A stretch of 64,000 nt of DNA from an uncultured bacterium (GCA_903936565.1 CAIZVZ010000001.1:159905-223904), one strand, 5' to 3'. Counted from the first letter of the stretch, positions 48,945-57,982 are shown. Translations and numbers: made by a program. The notes: generated by a model from the sequence alone, not told the origin.

Positions 48945-49429
48945 AAAACATCACCGACAATATCATGGATCAAATCCATACGAAGAAGATAAAAATGAAA
49001 CCCAAAGCTTATTTTATAGCTGGTTCCATACTTACTTTCATAGGACTAGTTTCTTCAGTAGTTGTTTCTGTTTTCTTAGTTGGACTTATAAGATTTTCCA
49101 TGCGCTCACATGGCCCAATGGCGAGCTATAGACTAGATCAAATACTTTCTAGTTTCCCATGGTGGGCACCAATACTTGCTGTCATTGGATTGATAGCTGG
49201 TATCTGGCTACTTCGTAAATATGATTTCTCATTCAGGGTTAATTTAAAAATAGTTATTTTTGGATTCATACTGGCTATTATTGTCGGTGGTTGGGTTATT
49301 GATAGTATCGGATTAAATGATGCTCTCATTCGTCGTGGTCCAATGCAGGGTATAATGCGACAGTATATGCAGGATAATGGTATACAAGCAAGACAAGATG
49401 TCGGTGCTGGTTGGGGTAGAAATAAATAA
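48929..49429 (+). CDS. Membrane protein coupled to the ECF sigma (possible anti-sigma)
   Basis: Overlaps the sigma stop; three TM segments. Confidence 0.7.
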   Translation: MSKELKNITDNIMDQIHTKKIKMKPKAYFIAGSILTFIGLVSSVVVSVFLVGLIRFSMRSHGPMASYRLDQILSSFPWWAPILAVIGLIAGIWLLRKYDFSFRVNLKIVIFGFILAIIVGGWVIDSIGLNDALIRRGPMQGIMRQYMQDNGIQARQDVGAGWGRNK

Positions 49430-49491
49430 GGCCTGTGATTAGGTTCAAACATCCCACGGGCCCTGTATTATTTAGGCTATTTTACGAGCCC

Positions 49492-49527
49492 CTCCCTATC
49501 TTGGATGAGCTCAGGAGTATGGATCGG
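49492..49527 (+). repeat. att-like junction repeat 1
   Basis: ctccctatcttggatgagctcaggagtatggatcgg (LPILDELRSMDR). Confidence 0.7.
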
Positions 49528-49559
49528 AAACCACTAGAACGGCAATAACCAAACCAACC

Positions 49560-49928
49560 CTACTTGCCGACTGACCGATCTTTATTTTTGATAATTCTAT
49601 ACATAACCACAATTGGTAATATATACAGGAGAGCGATCAATACAGGCCCTCCAATGGATACATCTCCATTAAAAATAAACTTATTAGTCAGTGCTGAAAT
49701 TCCATCCACTACTTGTATTAGAGACAGAATAATCCCCAACCACAATAGGAACTTATTTTTATTATTTATCCCAATGATTGCACCTACGGCAACCAGGGCT
49801 GCAATTAGAAAAACGACACCCCAGAGATTTTGTAATGTTAATAACACAACCACCCCAGAAAAAGAGTAGAATAATGCTAATAAACCAAGTATCACTGATG
49901 ATATTATTTTTTGTGTTTTTGATGGCAT
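49560..49928 (-). CDS. Membrane protein
   Basis: Four TM segments; TGcCATAAT-6nt-ATG start. Confidence 0.75.
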   Translation of the reverse strand: MPSKTQKIISSVILGLLALFYSFSGVVVLLTLQNLWGVVFLIAALVAVGAIIGINNKNKFLLWLGIILSLIQVVDGISALTNKFIFNGDVSIGGPVLIALLYILPIVVMYRIIKNKDRSVGK

Positions 49929-49966
49929 GCTTAAATTATGGCATAAATTAAATCCACGGTAAATCC

Positions 49967-50170
49967 TCATCTATCTTTCCTGTATTCATTGAATGATATG
50001 TATACTGCAAAAAACAATCCTGTTCCAGCTAAAATTGATACAAATATTTTCCAATATTCCATCTTAAATATAATACAAACAAAAATTACAACTAAACAGA
50101 TTAGAATTACAAACATGATTAATGAAAGCAGTATTAGAAAATTCTTAAGCCATTTTATTATATCTTTCAT
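49967..50170 (-). CDS. Small membrane protein
   Basis: Two TM segments; TGaTATAAT upstream. Confidence 0.55.
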   Translation of the reverse strand: MKDIIKWLKNFLILLSLIMFVILICLVVIFVCIIFKMEYWKIFVSILAGTGLFFAVYISFNEYRKDR

Positions 50171-50275
50171 GTTAAATACGATTATATCAAAACCTGTTAC
50201 GATTAAATTTTGGCATACAATAATTATATCAAAAATGCAATTTAATACACCAATCTTAGCTTTGATGTACAGCAA

Positions 50276-50311
50276 CTCGCTCTAGCAGATAATTTCTGAA
50301 CTACAGAACAG
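50276..50311 (+). repeat. att-like junction repeat 2
   Basis: ctcgctctagcagataatttctgaactacagaacag (LALADNF*TTEQ). Confidence 0.65.
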
Positions 50312-50354
50312 ATCATCAAGTATCCATATCAAGGTGTATATTTAAACGACCCGG

Positions 50355-50756
50355 CTACTCTTCTTCAACAGACGTATGCATTACCTCAACAACAAAATTT
50401 ACAAAAATATCTGGTAAGTCAAAATATCGCTCAAGTGAAGACCAGCCACCCTCTCTAAATTTTAACCCCTTCCCTTCCGCCCATCTTTTTATTTCATCGA
50501 TAATACCTTGTGGGTTATCGGAAAGAAAAGCAATGTGAGTTTGCCTTTTCATATTTATATCTTCAATAGGAGCATCATCCACTTGAATTATTTGAATTGC
50601 AAAACGGGGTTCATCTTGCCCTACCATTATCCAATCTTTAGCTGGAGGAGTATAAACAACCTTAAACTTTAGAAGTTTATACATTTCAATAACCGTATCG
50701 AGATTTCCTTTGGTTATATTTTGACAATAGTGGTGTAGCCTTGGATCGATTTTCAT
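50355..50756 (-). CDS. VOC/glyoxalase-like protein
   Basis: LHHYC, HIAF, GGWS..E.YFD...VVEV. Confidence 0.7.
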   Translation of the reverse strand: MKIDPRLHHYCQNITKGNLDTVIEMYKLLKFKVVYTPPAKDWIMVGQDEPRFAIQIIQVDDAPIEDINMKRQTHIAFLSDNPQGIIDEIKRWAEGKGLKFREGGWSSLERYFDLPDIFVNFVVEVMHTSVEEE

Positions 50757-50807
50757 ACACGTATTATAACAGAGTTTAAGAGCAATCGAGAATTGAGACT
50801 ACCAATA

Positions 50808-50843
50808 CTCCAAACTTAAGACGACGTTCGAATAAACATTATG
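50808..50843 (+). repeat. att-like junction repeat 3
   Basis: ctccaaacttaagacgacgttcgaataaacattatg (LQT*DDVRINIM). Confidence 0.55.
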
Positions 50844-50962
50844 AAGAGTAGACAAATCAGTACCATTTCCTTGTAATATGAATTAATATTTGATAATATC
50901 ATATCAGGATAGTCAACCCAGACAACCCGACAACAACCCCACAACCAACAACTAGTAATACC

Positions 50963-51703
50963 ATGAAAAGAACCATCAGCTATGAATGGAGAGGCCCGGA
51001 AGAGCCCCTTGATTCACGCATTGTGACCGCCTGCCGTATGAGCATTTACGAGGTTGAAGACAACGGAGATCGGCTTACCGCCAGAGGAAGCTTTACTTTA
51101 CACGACCACGCCGAGGGATGCAAAGGTGAGGATCCTTGGATTGCCGTTGGAACGTGCTCGAACGACACATTCGAGTGGGTAGTCCAACGTGCTAAACCAA
51201 CCCCAGATGAGTTTGTCTTTACCAGCAGGAGCGGTGAACCACTCTTCTGCTTGAGTGATAAAACAAATGCTGCCATCAAAGCATTCATCGCAAGCAAACT
51301 CACGTTGATCACTCGAAGCGCCAGAGAGAATCCAAACACAAATCCCTTCCACATTGTACATCAACCGATGCGGTATGTCGGCCCGATAAGTAAATACAGA
51401 GGGGCATGCATCTGTCACGAGATTGCGCTGTCAAACAATGTTCAGCCATTTGATTGGGAGACCCTTACCGATGGCGGAAAGTACCCATCCAACTGCTTCG
51501 AATGCAGTTGTGGCACTGGATGGTTTCGTATCAATCCCTCAAACCAGTGGTGGGTTCAAGTTGTAGATCAAAATGCATGGCGGATGCTTACCATGTTTAA
51601 TGGAACAGCAGTAGAGCCGATCGATTTTGATCCACGGTCCCAAACCTCACTCGTCATGCTCGTCCGAACTATACGCGCGTTTGGCTTAATACCAATCGGC
51701 TGA
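50963..51703 (+). CDS. Hypothetical protein with Cys pairs (GC-richer)
   Basis: CICH, CFECSCG; CA-rich 5' UTR; terminator at 51732-51763. Confidence 0.75.
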   Translation: MKRTISYEWRGPEEPLDSRIVTACRMSIYEVEDNGDRLTARGSFTLHDHAEGCKGEDPWIAVGTCSNDTFEWVVQRAKPTPDEFVFTSRSGEPLFCLSDKTNAAIKAFIASKLTLITRSARENPNTNPFHIVHQPMRYVGPISKYRGACICHEIALSNNVQPFDWETLTDGGKYPSNCFECSCGTGWFRINPSNQWWVQVVDQNAWRMLTMFNGTAVEPIDFDPRSQTSLVMLVRTIRAFGLIPIG

Positions 51704-51786
51704 TGTTTCTAAAGTCAGCCAAAAAAACAACCCGCACCTGTCGAAAGACGGTGCGGATTTTTTATATATAATAATATTTTACAATA

Positions 51787-51822
51787 CTACCCTGGTTGGA
51801 TAAGTCCAGAACTCAAGATTGG
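51787..51822 (+). repeat. att-like junction repeat 4
   Basis: ctaccctggttggataagtccagaactcaagattgg (LPWLDKSRTQDW). Confidence 0.7.
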
Positions 51823-51841
51823 AGAAAAATTAATAAATAGA

Positions 51842-52750
51842 TTATGTTGGAAATACTGTCTTCTTATATTCTTCAAATTCTTGAGCCTCCTGCTTAAAAT
51901 ATTCCGTCGAGTCATCGGCGTATGGTTTTTCAGCAGATAAACTCAAAGCTTTTCTTACTTCTCCAGAGAACGAGTGGTCATCAGCAACACGATGGTCAAA
52001 ACAAGTTACTGTTGCCCCTAAATAAGTAGGTTCTGTCTCCGCCAGTTCCAGATTACCGTTTCTCCTTTCATTTAGTGTTTTTACTTCATCAGCCGTTAAT
52101 AATTCTGCTAAACTCGGCATTATAGAATTTGTATGTAACACTATCTCACATCCATATTTAGCTTTCATTTCTTCTACTAATTTTAAAAACCTAGATGTTA
52201 CAAAAGGAATAGCTAGAACAAACTTAGGTCTTTGTTGAATATTCTCTGCCTCATAAAATTTTATAATTGGCTCAATTTGCTTATTAATAATCTGTTCCCC
52301 ACTATAGGCCGCATCATCACTGATTAAAAAAGTATTTACTCCGCCCTCTACAATTTTTCTCAATCTATTATTACCTGACATTTTCTCCCAAGCGGGTGTG
52401 AAGTGTCTGATTTCTGTTGGTGGATATTGTGAATAACATTTTTTGTTTATTTCATAGACCCAACGTTTGGAGGAGTGAGGCTTATAGTCAAAGAAAACAG
52501 CGTATTTTTGATTACTTTCACTTAATTCTTGCAGTGCTTGAGATATTACCCCTTCTGATTTTTCCTTAAATTCACTAAAGCTAATATGCTGAATATTATC
52601 AATAATTTTTCTTTTTATTGCCCTAATTTCAGGGTCGCTTTCAGCTTCTACCCATACTTCAGCTTTTTCTTTATCAAATTCTAGGCTTTGCTTTGGTGTA
52701 GGTAGTAATTCAGTTTGATCTTGTGGGATTGGAGATGATTCGTAATTCAC
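51842..52750 (-). CDS. Phosphoribosyltransferase-like (PRTase-CE-type) protein
   Basis: PRPP-binding loop ISDDAAYSGEQ; S.RW; FDHRVAD. Confidence 0.75.
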   Translation of the reverse strand: MNYESSPIPQDQTELLPTPKQSLEFDKEKAEVWVEAESDPEIRAIKRKIIDNIQHISFSEFKEKSEGVISQALQELSESNQKYAVFFDYKPHSSKRWVYEINKKCYSQYPPTEIRHFTPAWEKMSGNNRLRKIVEGGVNTFLISDDAAYSGEQIINKQIEPIIKFYEAENIQQRPKFVLAIPFVTSRFLKLVEEMKAKYGCEIVLHTNSIMPSLAELLTADEVKTLNERRNGNLELAETEPTYLGATVTCFDHRVADDHSFSGEVRKALSLSAEKPYADDSTEYFKQEAQEFEEYKKTVFPT

Positions 52751-52827
52751 CTTTTAAGTATATCAAAAGTCTTGAACTCTACCAAGGTACCAAGAATAAT
52801 CCTCGCAAATTAAAGTGGACTTGATTG

Positions 52828-52863
52828 ATCCAAACATGGGACAATGTTCGACTTGGGACATTA
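52828..52863 (+). repeat. att-like junction repeat 5
   Basis: atccaaacatgggacaatgttcgacttgggacatta (IQTWDNVRLGTL). Confidence 0.5.
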
Positions 52864-52894
52864 GAGATATAGTTAGAACCTACTATCTACGTTT

Positions 52895-53596
52895 CTAAAC
52901 ACACTTTTTGGTCCCTGAACCAATATGTTCGACACTATCTCCATCTACTACAATCGCCTGACCATCTTGAACTAGATATATTTTCCATGGAAACTCTGCT
53001 TCATAATTCTTTTTGAGTTCAGCAATCTTATCAATAGACTCTTCCAGTTTTTCTTCATCTTGATGAACCGAAAGACAGAAATTTATTATTCCAAATCCTA
53101 TATGATCTAACTTCCATCTTTTATTCCACCAACTTAAACCTATGTCTGGCATAAGTAATCCATTCCCAGCACTAGAAGCTGTATATATAACACCTCTATC
53201 AAGCAAGTCTTTTAGATAATCTCCAAGTTCGGCTTTTTTTGCCCAATCAAGTAGCCAGTTTGCATCACCTCCGGGAACATCGATTATATCTACGTTCTGA
53301 AGCTTCTCTCTAATAATCTTTGGGTCATCCTTCAGGTCTACCCAAATTGGATTATGGCCTTTATCTTTAAAATATTTGTAGTCTCCATCGTCTTCATTTA
53401 ATTCTCGTATTTTTGTCAACCTTGCAACGCTATCATATGGAGCAACATCACCTTCTTTTTCTAAGACCCATTCTATCGGATCACTGGCTGTAAGTATTAT
53501 AGCTACAGTGAGATTTTTTCTATTATCAATAAATTCATCTAAGGCTTCTTCGATTTCAGGACTTGTAAAACCGTTTGATGTAAGTAGTAATTTCAT
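52895..53596 (-). CDS. Peptidase S51 (dipeptidase E-like)
   Basis: MKLLLTSNG, PGGD, SSAG, VH. Confidence 0.85.
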   Translation of the reverse strand: MKLLLTSNGFTSPEIEEALDEFIDNRKNLTVAIILTASDPIEWVLEKEGDVAPYDSVARLTKIRELNEDDGDYKYFKDKGHNPIWVDLKDDPKIIREKLQNVDIIDVPGGDANWLLDWAKKAELGDYLKDLLDRGVIYTASSAGNGLLMPDIGLSWWNKRWKLDHIGFGIINFCLSVHQDEEKLEESIDKIAELKKNYEAEFPWKIYLVQDGQAIVVDGDSVEHIGSGTKKCV

Positions 53597-53676
53597 AATT
53601 GAAATTATATCACAGGTTCAAACTTGATTTAAGGTAAACAAAAAATACACTTACAGAATAAGAATATTTTATAATG

Positions 53677-53712
53677 CTCGCTCTGGCAAACGATTTCCGA
53701 ACGAAAGATTGG
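53677..53712 (+). repeat. att-like junction repeat 6
   Basis: ctcgctctggcaaacgatttccgaacgaaagattgg (LALANDFRTKDW); ttataatgctc at 53669-53679 is identical to 56507-56517. Confidence 0.75.
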
Positions 53713-53775
53713 GCTAAAGAATACCCGGTTCCTATAATTAGTCTGTGAACTAAAAATTCTTACAGCAAAATAGCC

Positions 53776-54501
53776 TCAGCTTAAGGACTCCAGATTAGTT
53801 AGGTACTCTTCCAGTTTTTTCATAAAATCAAGCTCTTCTTTCTTTGAGATCTCATCTTTGTTTCTATACTTAATCGCAAGACAAATAATATCATTTTCAT
53901 CCTTTGTCGAGTCCGCCAACCCCCTCCAGGAATAACCCGGCTTCAAACCCTTGAGTCGTTGTTCCCCTTCCACTAACCAAAAGACTTGCTTCACAATTTC
54001 CTTGAATTTAAATTTACCTTCTTTATATTCAGGGATAAATCTCTCTCTGAAGTTTCTAATGTTTATAGTAAGATCTTTTAAATCGGTGCGTGAAAATAAT
54101 TGACCTTCAGGTCTTATGCCATATATGAGAGGTAGGAAATTAAGATGCTTAACAAACCTACTAACAGCCGTAGTGTTTTTTATTCTATTCGAAGCTTTTT
54201 CACCAGTTTCTAATTCTTTCATTGTATAAGCCACAATTTGAAAGGGTGGATTTGCAGAACTCCCGTAATCTTCAGTAATTTTATAAATTGCAGGAAGATA
54301 TTCTTCACTTTTCAGTATAACAACCACATCGACATCACTATCTGGTCGCAGTTCATCTTGCACAAAACTACCCTTGATATAGATTGAAACAATCTCATTA
54401 TTTGGGATTATTTCTAAAATTAGATTCTTAGCTTTTTCAATAGAAAGTTTTGCTCTTTGTTTCAATATTAATGGATCTGTGCTCTGTACATCTTTATTCA
54501 T
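53776..54501 (-). CDS. Pol-beta-like nucleotidyltransferase domain protein
   Basis: IYIKGSF......DSDVDVVV. Confidence 0.85.
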   Translation of the reverse strand: MNKDVQSTDPLILKQRAKLSIEKAKNLILEIIPNNEIVSIYIKGSFVQDELRPDSDVDVVVILKSEEYLPAIYKITEDYGSSANPPFQIVAYTMKELETGEKASNRIKNTTAVSRFVKHLNFLPLIYGIRPEGQLFSRTDLKDLTINIRNFRERFIPEYKEGKFKFKEIVKQVFWLVEGEQRLKGLKPGYSWRGLADSTKDENDIICLAIKYRNKDEISKKEELDFMKKLEEYLTNLESLS

Positions 54502-54578
54502 ACTACTAAGTATATCAAAGTTCGAAACAATTTTAAGATAAACAAAAATCACCCCATTTAATAAGGTGATTTTGCTTG

Positions 54579-54614
54579 CTCGCTATCTTGGACGAGTTCA
54601 GAACTTTGGATTGG
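54579..54614 (+). repeat. att-like junction repeat 7
   Basis: ctcgctatcttggacgagttcagaactttggattgg (LAILDEFRTLDW), next to the hairpin aaaatcacc/ggtgatttt. Confidence 0.75.
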
Positions 54615-54670
54615 GTAAGTATTAAAATGGAAGTGATTAAATTAGATGGAATGTTAAATTTTAATACTAC

Positions 54671-55318
54671 TTATTTTTGTAGTATCAAATCGTAATAAGT
54701 ACTTGGCTTTAGCCCAATCATTGCAATCCTTCTTTTTATCTTTTTATAAACAAATTTATATTTTTCAAAACAATCTTTAATTTCCTCATCTGTAAAGAAA
54801 TGATGTGGCAAATCATCATCTGGTAGATTATAACAATAAATTCTAGTATTTATATCTCCCTTAAACGGTTTTCCAGTTTTAACTCTAAAGTCCTTATCGG
54901 AAAGAATAGATAAAACTAAATATCCACCTGGCTTTAATACTCTATAAATTTCCTTACAATAACCTTCTATTTCATCATATGAGCCGTGGTGTAATGCCTT
55001 AGTACTTAAAATCACATCAAAGGTTTTATTATCGAAAGGTATTTTTTCAAAATTACCTTCTTGAACTGATATATTATTAAAACCCTTTTTAATAGACTTT
55101 TCTTTAATAAAATTAATAGCTGTTGGCGATAAATCAATCGATGTAATTTTCCAATTTTTATTTTTAGCTAAGTAGAATGTATGTCTACCTGTTCCACACC
55201 CCAAATCAAGAATTTTTAACTCTTTGCCTTTATTTAAATATTTGTACAAAAAACCAACAAATTTTAATGGTCTCTTTTGAACTTCTCCTTTTTTTGAGTA
55301 TATATTATTCCATTTCAT
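54671..55318 (-). CDS. Class I SAM-dependent methyltransferase
   Basis: ILDLGCGTGRH, FDVI, RVLKPGG. Confidence 0.92.
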   Translation of the reverse strand: MKWNNIYSKKGEVQKRPLKFVGFLYKYLNKGKELKILDLGCGTGRHTFYLAKNKNWKITSIDLSPTAINFIKEKSIKKGFNNISVQEGNFEKIPFDNKTFDVILSTKALHHGSYDEIEGYCKEIYRVLKPGGYLVLSILSDKDFRVKTGKPFKGDINTRIYCYNLPDDDLPHHFFTDEEIKDCFEKYKFVYKKIKRRIAMIGLKPSTYYDLILQK

Positions 55319-56234
55319 TGATATCTTTTTTAGCTTGTAGATACATTTGCGGGGATATATATCTGTTACCCATCTTTGTTATTCCCCTATCTTTAATCCT
55401 ATCTTCATAACAATTTATAATTTCTTTAGCAAATACTAATTTCTCTTTATTATCTAACTCATCTTTATTATACAATATAACTTCATCGTTGGTTGGGCTA
55501 AAATTCAATATTGTTTCTATTTGTTTGGGGTGAATAGATAGTTTTCCTAAAGCTCTTGTTTTTTCAAGATTAAATAAGTACTGTAAACTGTCCTTTAAAC
55601 CTTTTGCATCATCCAGTAGTGGGTGTATTCCATCAATAAATTCTATATCTTTACCATTTAATTTTTGAGAGATTTCATTAACGACTTTTCTGTACAATTT
55701 AGAATCGATTATTGAATTTGGTATTGGAAAAACTTGTAAGTCATAAAAGTAATCGTGATGCCCAAAAATAATAGAAGAAATGTTTTTATGTTCCAAGATT
55801 TCTTCTAGATTAGCAATTCCTTTTTTGGTCTCTATCAATGGAATTATTTTGTGGTTTTCTTGTTTAATATAATCACTTACAATTTTTATATCTTCAAAAG
55901 AATTCGTTTTGGGAATCACTATCCCCTCTGGTTTATATTCAGAAGAAAACAAAAAATTAATTACTTTCTTATCTTCTTCATAATGAATTGAATTGGGATT
56001 ATTTATTCTAATAAAATATTCAAAACCCTTTAGTTGATCTATATTTTTTATTAAATTTTCTCGAGCTTCTGTCTTTATTTTTATAGCATTTCCTTCGTCA
56101 AACACATCAGTAATTGAGTCCTCTAAATCGATGATTATTTTAAAATTATTGTATTTGGAAAAGTCTCTAATTTTGTCTAAAAACCCGGTTCTATTAGCGG
56201 GTATAAAATGATAACAATTAAAGCCTTTTTGCAT
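55305..56234 (-). CDS. HpcH/HpaI aldolase / citrate lyase beta family protein
   Basis: FIPA, IDLEDS, IRIN, IPK, LIET..G, FG..DY, GK.SIHP.Q. Confidence 0.88.
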   Translation of the reverse strand: MQKGFNCYHFIPANRTGFLDKIRDFSKYNNFKIIIDLEDSITDVFDEGNAIKIKTEARENLIKNIDQLKGFEYFIRINNPNSIHYEEDKKVINFLFSSEYKPEGIVIPKTNSFEDIKIVSDYIKQENHKIIPLIETKKGIANLEEILEHKNISSIIFGHHDYFYDLQVFPIPNSIIDSKLYRKVVNEISQKLNGKDIEFIDGIHPLLDDAKGLKDSLQYLFNLEKTRALGKLSIHPKQIETILNFSPTNDEVILYNKDELDNKEKLVFAKEIINCYEDRIKDRGITKMGNRYISPQMYLQAKKDINEME

Positions 56235-56293
56235 ATCTGAAATATTATATCAAATAAGAAATGAAAACAACATCTTACTTCACCTTATAATTA

Positions 56294-56310
56294 CTCACCT
56301 ATCTTGGAAA
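56294..56310 (+). repeat. att-like junction repeat 8 (truncated)
   Basis: ttataatta-ctcacctatcttgga; shares ctatcttgga with repeats 1 and 7. Confidence 0.55.
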
Positions 56311-56314
56311 GAAA

Positions 56315-56494
56315 TTACTTAAAATAGGATTTATATGTAGTACTTTTATGACTACTTGAATATGAAGACTTCACAAATCTTCCTGATTTTGCGCTCTTAT
56401 AATAGCTTCCACCTTTAGCTTCTGCAGATAAAGGTGTTGCAACTGCGACTGTCACAAAACTAAATAAAACAATTAATGCAATTAAATACTTCAT
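56315..56494 (-). CDS. Small secreted cationic peptide (59 aa, not in ORF track)
   Basis: MKYLIALIVLFSFVTVAVATPLSAEA-KGGSYYKSAKSGRFVKSSYSSSHKSTTYKSYFK. Confidence 0.75.
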   Translation of the reverse strand: MKYLIALIVLFSFVTVAVATPLSAEAKGGSYYKSAKSGRFVKSSYSSSHKSTTYKSYFK

Positions 56495-56514
56495 AATTAT
56501 ATTTTGTTATAATG

Positions 56515-56586
56515 CTCCGCGGGTAGGATTCGAACCTACGACCAATTCGTTAACAGCGAACTGCTCTACCACTGAGCTACCGCGGA
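56515..56586 (-). tRNA. tRNA-Asn(GTT)
   Basis: TCCGCGG acceptor stem, AGCTCAGTGGTAGAGC D-arm, CT-GTT-AA loop, GGTTCGAATCC T-arm; CCA not encoded. Confidence 0.97.
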
Positions 56587-56802
56587 ATGTTTCTTCAAGC
56601 TTACCCCTAAATGGGCGTAATTGCTTGATGTAAAGAATCATATCAAAAGGCTAGTGTTTTGTAAACTATACGAGTCCACATCAATCTGTTCTTAATTTTA
56701 GGCCCATATTCCATGCCCTTCTGTGCATCTATAGCACCACAAAGACCACGGAATTACTCCTGTGGTCATTAGGGCATTGGCTATACTATCTTGATTACAA
56801 AA

Positions 56803-57366
56803 CTACCTCGTCACCACAATCTCTCCCGTTGCAGTCGTCTCTGCAACATCTGATCTTACAGTAACCCTCCCCGATGCATCTTCTGATATTAAGTAACCTG
56901 TATCATAGTGATCTGCGGTCTCCCAATTTGACCCCTCTTTCTTTGGGTCGAAGGGTAAAGAAGAGATGTAAGTTGGAGTTAGACAATCTGCGATATCATA
57001 TCCATCTGCACCACTTCTCATAACGGTTGATGTCGCAGGTAGCAATTTAGCTTCTCCGTTACAACTAAACACACCAGCGTTGTCTGCAACATTTTGACTT
57101 ACTGCATTCAATATTGACGCTACGTTTGCAGTACGCTGTGAATCTCTCGCGGTTTTAAATTGCTTTGCTGGATTAACTGCAACGAGGACTATTGTCGCAA
57201 GTACAGCTAAGATTCCAATAACAACCAAGACTTCAATCAAAGTAAACCCCCTCTCTTTCTTTAATAATTTATATCTACCTAAAAAATTTGAAATGGCGGT
57301 CTTTTGTACCACATCTCTTGAATGCGTTACAGGATCAGCCCTTCCAATTAAATTAATTTTATTCAT
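56803..57366 (-). CDS. Type IV pilin / pseudopilin
   Basis: GFTLIEVLVVIGILAVLA, NP....ARDSQR, LPFDP. Confidence 0.9.
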   Translation of the reverse strand: MNKINLIGRADPVTHSRDVVQKTAISNFLGRYKLLKKERGFTLIEVLVVIGILAVLATIVLVAVNPAKQFKTARDSQRTANVASILNAVSQNVADNAGVFSCNGEAKLLPATSTVMRSGADGYDIADCLTPTYISSLPFDPKKEGSNWETADHYDTGYLISEDASGRVTVRSDVAETTATGEIVVTR

Positions 57367-57430
57367 GGCAACACTCTATCAGATTGACATAATGCCTCCA
57401 TAAAAATTTCTTAAAGAATTTTGGAAGATT

Positions 57431-57982
57431 TCATATAGACCGAATTACCCTTAATTTACTTATATAAAACCTATACTCTTCTAATTTCCATTCCACATAA
57501 ATCAAAGACGCGCCAGGCTCAACACCATCACTCCCCCAATCCCCCACCCCAAAATACCCTTCGATTTGAGACCTATAATCACAGCCGGCGTCTCCCACGC
57601 TTTTGTAATCACCAAAGCCTCCCACGCAATTATCAAAACTTAAAACTCGACAATTATAATATTCACCCACATGACTTCTATAGTTTGAAAAGCCCAAGCC
57701 CTTAATCCAATAATTTCTATCAATTAAGCTCCTACCTTCAAGTTTCCTAATGTTTGAAATTAACTCCACGCCAAGTAATGGATATCTTGTTAATTGACTT
57801 GAAATATAATCAACGCACAACAAGCCAGATTGTAAATTTTTCTCTGACTTTATTATCCCCCTCACATTATCGGCAATCTCCTTTTGACTCTCTGAATAGC
57901 TGACAATCATTAAAAGTAACGACATCGCCATGACCATGACAAATACCAAAAGTGCAAATCCCCCCAGATTTTTTTTATACAT
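57431..57982 (-). CDS. Minor pilin-like protein
   Basis: GFALLVFVMV prepilin-like N-terminus. Confidence 0.6.
   Translation of the reverse strand: MYKKNLGGFALLVFVMVMAMSLLLMIVSYSESQKEIADNVRGIIKSEKNLQSGLLCVDYISSQLTRYPLLGVELISNIRKLEGRSLIDRNYWIKGLGFSNYRSHVGEYYNCRVLSFDNCVGGFGDYKSVGDAGCDYRSQIEGYFGVGDWGSDGVEPGASLIYVEWKLEEYRFYISKLRVIRSI

Larger units (their letters stand above)
49492..56586. mobile_element. Putative tRNA-Asn-anchored gene-cassette array
   Basis: Eight degenerate att-like repeats, each separating 1-2 unrelated genes, in register with the tRNA 3' end; no recombinase in the window. Confidence 0.6.

Noticed and set aside
53776-54501. MNT-HEPN toxin-antitoxin pair
   Set aside because: No adjacent HEPN gene and no RX4-6H motif recognised in the C-terminal part.
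49492-56310. Classical integron attC sites or a CRISPR array
   Set aside because: The repeats lack RYYYAAC...GTTRRRY hairpins, are degenerate and are separated by whole genes; no intI or cas gene in the window.
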